Source of the DNA: Alphaproteobacteria bacterium
Lineage (GTDB): Bacteria; Pseudomonadota; Alphaproteobacteria; JAJTHO01; CANGYM01
DNA length: 32,000 bases
Direction of reading: 5' to 3'
Assembly: GCA_947458145.1 (NCBI GenBank)
Contig: CANGYM010000003.1
Span: forward strand, 6,415 to 38,414
This document shows, piece after piece, positions 30,738 through 32,000 of this stretch; the stretch's first letter is position 1, and every line of letters begins with the position of its first letter. The position numbers and the translations under genes were made by a program. The notes beneath the pieces were generated by a model, which was given only the letters and a program-made list of their open reading frames with translations, had not been told where the DNA came from and searched no databases.

Positions 30738-31672
30738 GGACGCTCTTTTTTTAAAAAGGATTCAAGGGTTTCAATAACGGAACGGGGGGAAACATTCGCT
30801 AAGTTTTTTTCCCTGAATATCTTAACCCAAGGTCCGCGCTGGGCGCAACGCACAGGATCCGAAGCATGGGAAAACAGGGCCACAGTGGGGGCGCCGGCAA
30901 CACTCAGAAGATGCAGCGGCCCCGTATCATTGCCAATGGCAAACGTGGCTTGACTTCCCAATGTGGCCAAATCCTGAAACTGGGTTTTTCCGGTCATATC
31001 CAGACATTCGGGGACGGCCTCTTTGATATGGTGATTAAGGTCAGCATCAATCTGGGTTCCAATCAAAACGGGGGTGATGTTGTGTTGCACCAAATACGCG
31101 GCCATTTCGGTGTAATGAGAGACAGGCCACCGTTTTTCCGGACGATGCGCCGAACCCCCTGGCACCAGCAGGGCAAAGGGTTTCTGAGGACACGCCACAG
31201 CAGAAGACACAGCCCAATCCACCCGTGGAGGATAGAAATGTGTCAAACCCGCCAGCCCCAACTGTTCGTTCAAACGTTCAATGGTGTGCATGGTTTTTCG
31301 GTGGGGCGTGTTGTGGCGATAACGACATCCCGCCACAGCGCCGGACCAATGATCCGGCTGATGGGGCCAAAGCATCCAGAAATAGAATGCCGTTCGGTCA
31401 CTATTTTGCAGGTCATACACGCGATCAAACCCTTGGCGCAAAAACCAAGAGCGAAGATGGCCTATTCCTCGAAGGTCCCAAAATCTAGGCTTTTTATCCT
31501 GAGCAACATCATCAAACCAAGGGGCATCAGGGGCAATGGTATGATATGGGGCGCAGGTCAGCAGGGTGATCCTGTCATGGGGGTGATGGGACCTTATGGC
31601 CTCAAAGGCGCCCATGGCTTGGACAAAATCGCCAAAGGCACCATGTTTAATCACCAAAATGCGCTGGGACAT
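30734..31672 (-). CDS. Glycosyltransferase family 9 (heptosyltransferase-like)
   Basis: RILVIKHGAFGDFVQAMGAFEAIRSHHP; ALLVPGGSAHRPEKRWPVSHYTEMA; AIGNDTGPLHLLSVAGAPTVALFSHASDP; overlaps cckA by 4 nt. Confidence 0.9.
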   Translation of the reverse strand: MSQRILVIKHGAFGDFVQAMGAFEAIRSHHPHDRITLLTCAPYHTIAPDAPWFDDVAQDKKPRFWDLRGIGHLRSWFLRQGFDRVYDLQNSDRTAFYFWMLWPHQPDHWSGAVAGCRYRHNTPHRKTMHTIERLNEQLGLAGLTHFYPPRVDWAVSSAVACPQKPFALLVPGGSAHRPEKRWPVSHYTEMAAYLVQHNITPVLIGTQIDADLNHHIKEAVPECLDMTGKTQFQDLATLGSQATFAIGNDTGPLHLLSVAGAPTVALFSHASDPVRCAQRGPWVKIFREKNLANVSPRSVIETLESFLKKERP

Positions 31673-31695
31673 AATGCCTTGGGATCAACACTCAA

Positions 31696-32000
31696 TCAAC
31701 GCTCGTCCATGGGAGCATACCCTTCCATGGGCATGGGGGAAGCTTTAGTGGGCATTTTGTGATCCATCATGGTCCCTTTGGGCATAGGGGCGGATGCAGG
31801 GGGCATCATACCATCGCGGGAGCATTTTCTGTACGTAAACCATACTTTTCTCTGTTCAGGGGTTAAAATACGCCACACCTGAAGATCAGATTCAAATCGG
31901 GCATTGTTCATGGCAGAGGAAGCAGCGTTGTAATCGCCAAACAATGTTTTCAGGTCGTCTTCTTTTGTGGCGGTGTTTTCAAGGCCTTGATAAAGGGCGC
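31696..32000 (-). CDS. Spy/CpxP-like periplasmic protein (LTxxQ motif) with Met/Pro-rich C-terminal tail, partial (5' end outside window)
   Basis: The open frame continues to the window edge (ALYQGLENTATKEDDLKTLFGDYNAASSAMNNARFESDLQVWRILTPEQRKVWFTYRK...). LTPEQ fits the LTxxQ signature. The ORF track start at 31944 is an internal TTG. Confidence 0.55.
   Translation of the reverse strand, partial: ALYQGLENTATKEDDLKTLFGDYNAASSAMNNARFESDLQVWRILTPEQRKVWFTYRKCSRDGMMPPASAPMPKGTMMDHKMPTKASPMPMEGYAPMDER

Noticed and set aside
30866-31762. 298-aa plus-strand ORF opposite the glycosyltransferase
   Set aside because: Fully covered by a strongly recognised GT9 gene on the minus strand; the translation is low-complexity without family signatures.

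Overview
This 32 kb window looks like chromosomal core genome from an alphaproteobacterium (CckA-type hybrid kinase, HemY-like protein, stand-alone ACP/FabF). It contains: a partial fabF plus acpP on the minus strand; a hemD / mitofilin-like / hemY-like operon followed by a gmhB-like phosphatase; a minus-strand rimM-bolA-bamE block; ispA, ybaB, recR, a stand-alone MnmC C-domain-like oxidoreductase, fusA and tuf; an S10/spc ribosomal protein cluster from rpsJ to rplO; and a minus-strand block reading (from the right edge) Spy/CpxP-like, glycosyltransferase family 9, cckA, N-acetylmuramoyl-L-alanine amidase, class A PBP, M48 peptidase, arsC, ACR3 transporter. I found no CRISPR array, transposase, phage module, toxin-antitoxin pair, rRNA or tRNA, and nothing that supports a previously undescribed defence or mobile system. 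The observations worth a second look are modest. The canonical ribosomal cluster is interrupted at both ends (no rpsL/rpsG before fusA, no secY onward after rplO). A very clear terminator hairpin lies between tuf and rpsJ, and a terminator-like hairpin lies just upstream of ispA. L3 and L30 carry low-complexity extensions. An arsC/ACR3 pair has no arsR in the window. A Met/Pro-rich tail is present on a Spy/CpxP-like protein at the right edge.
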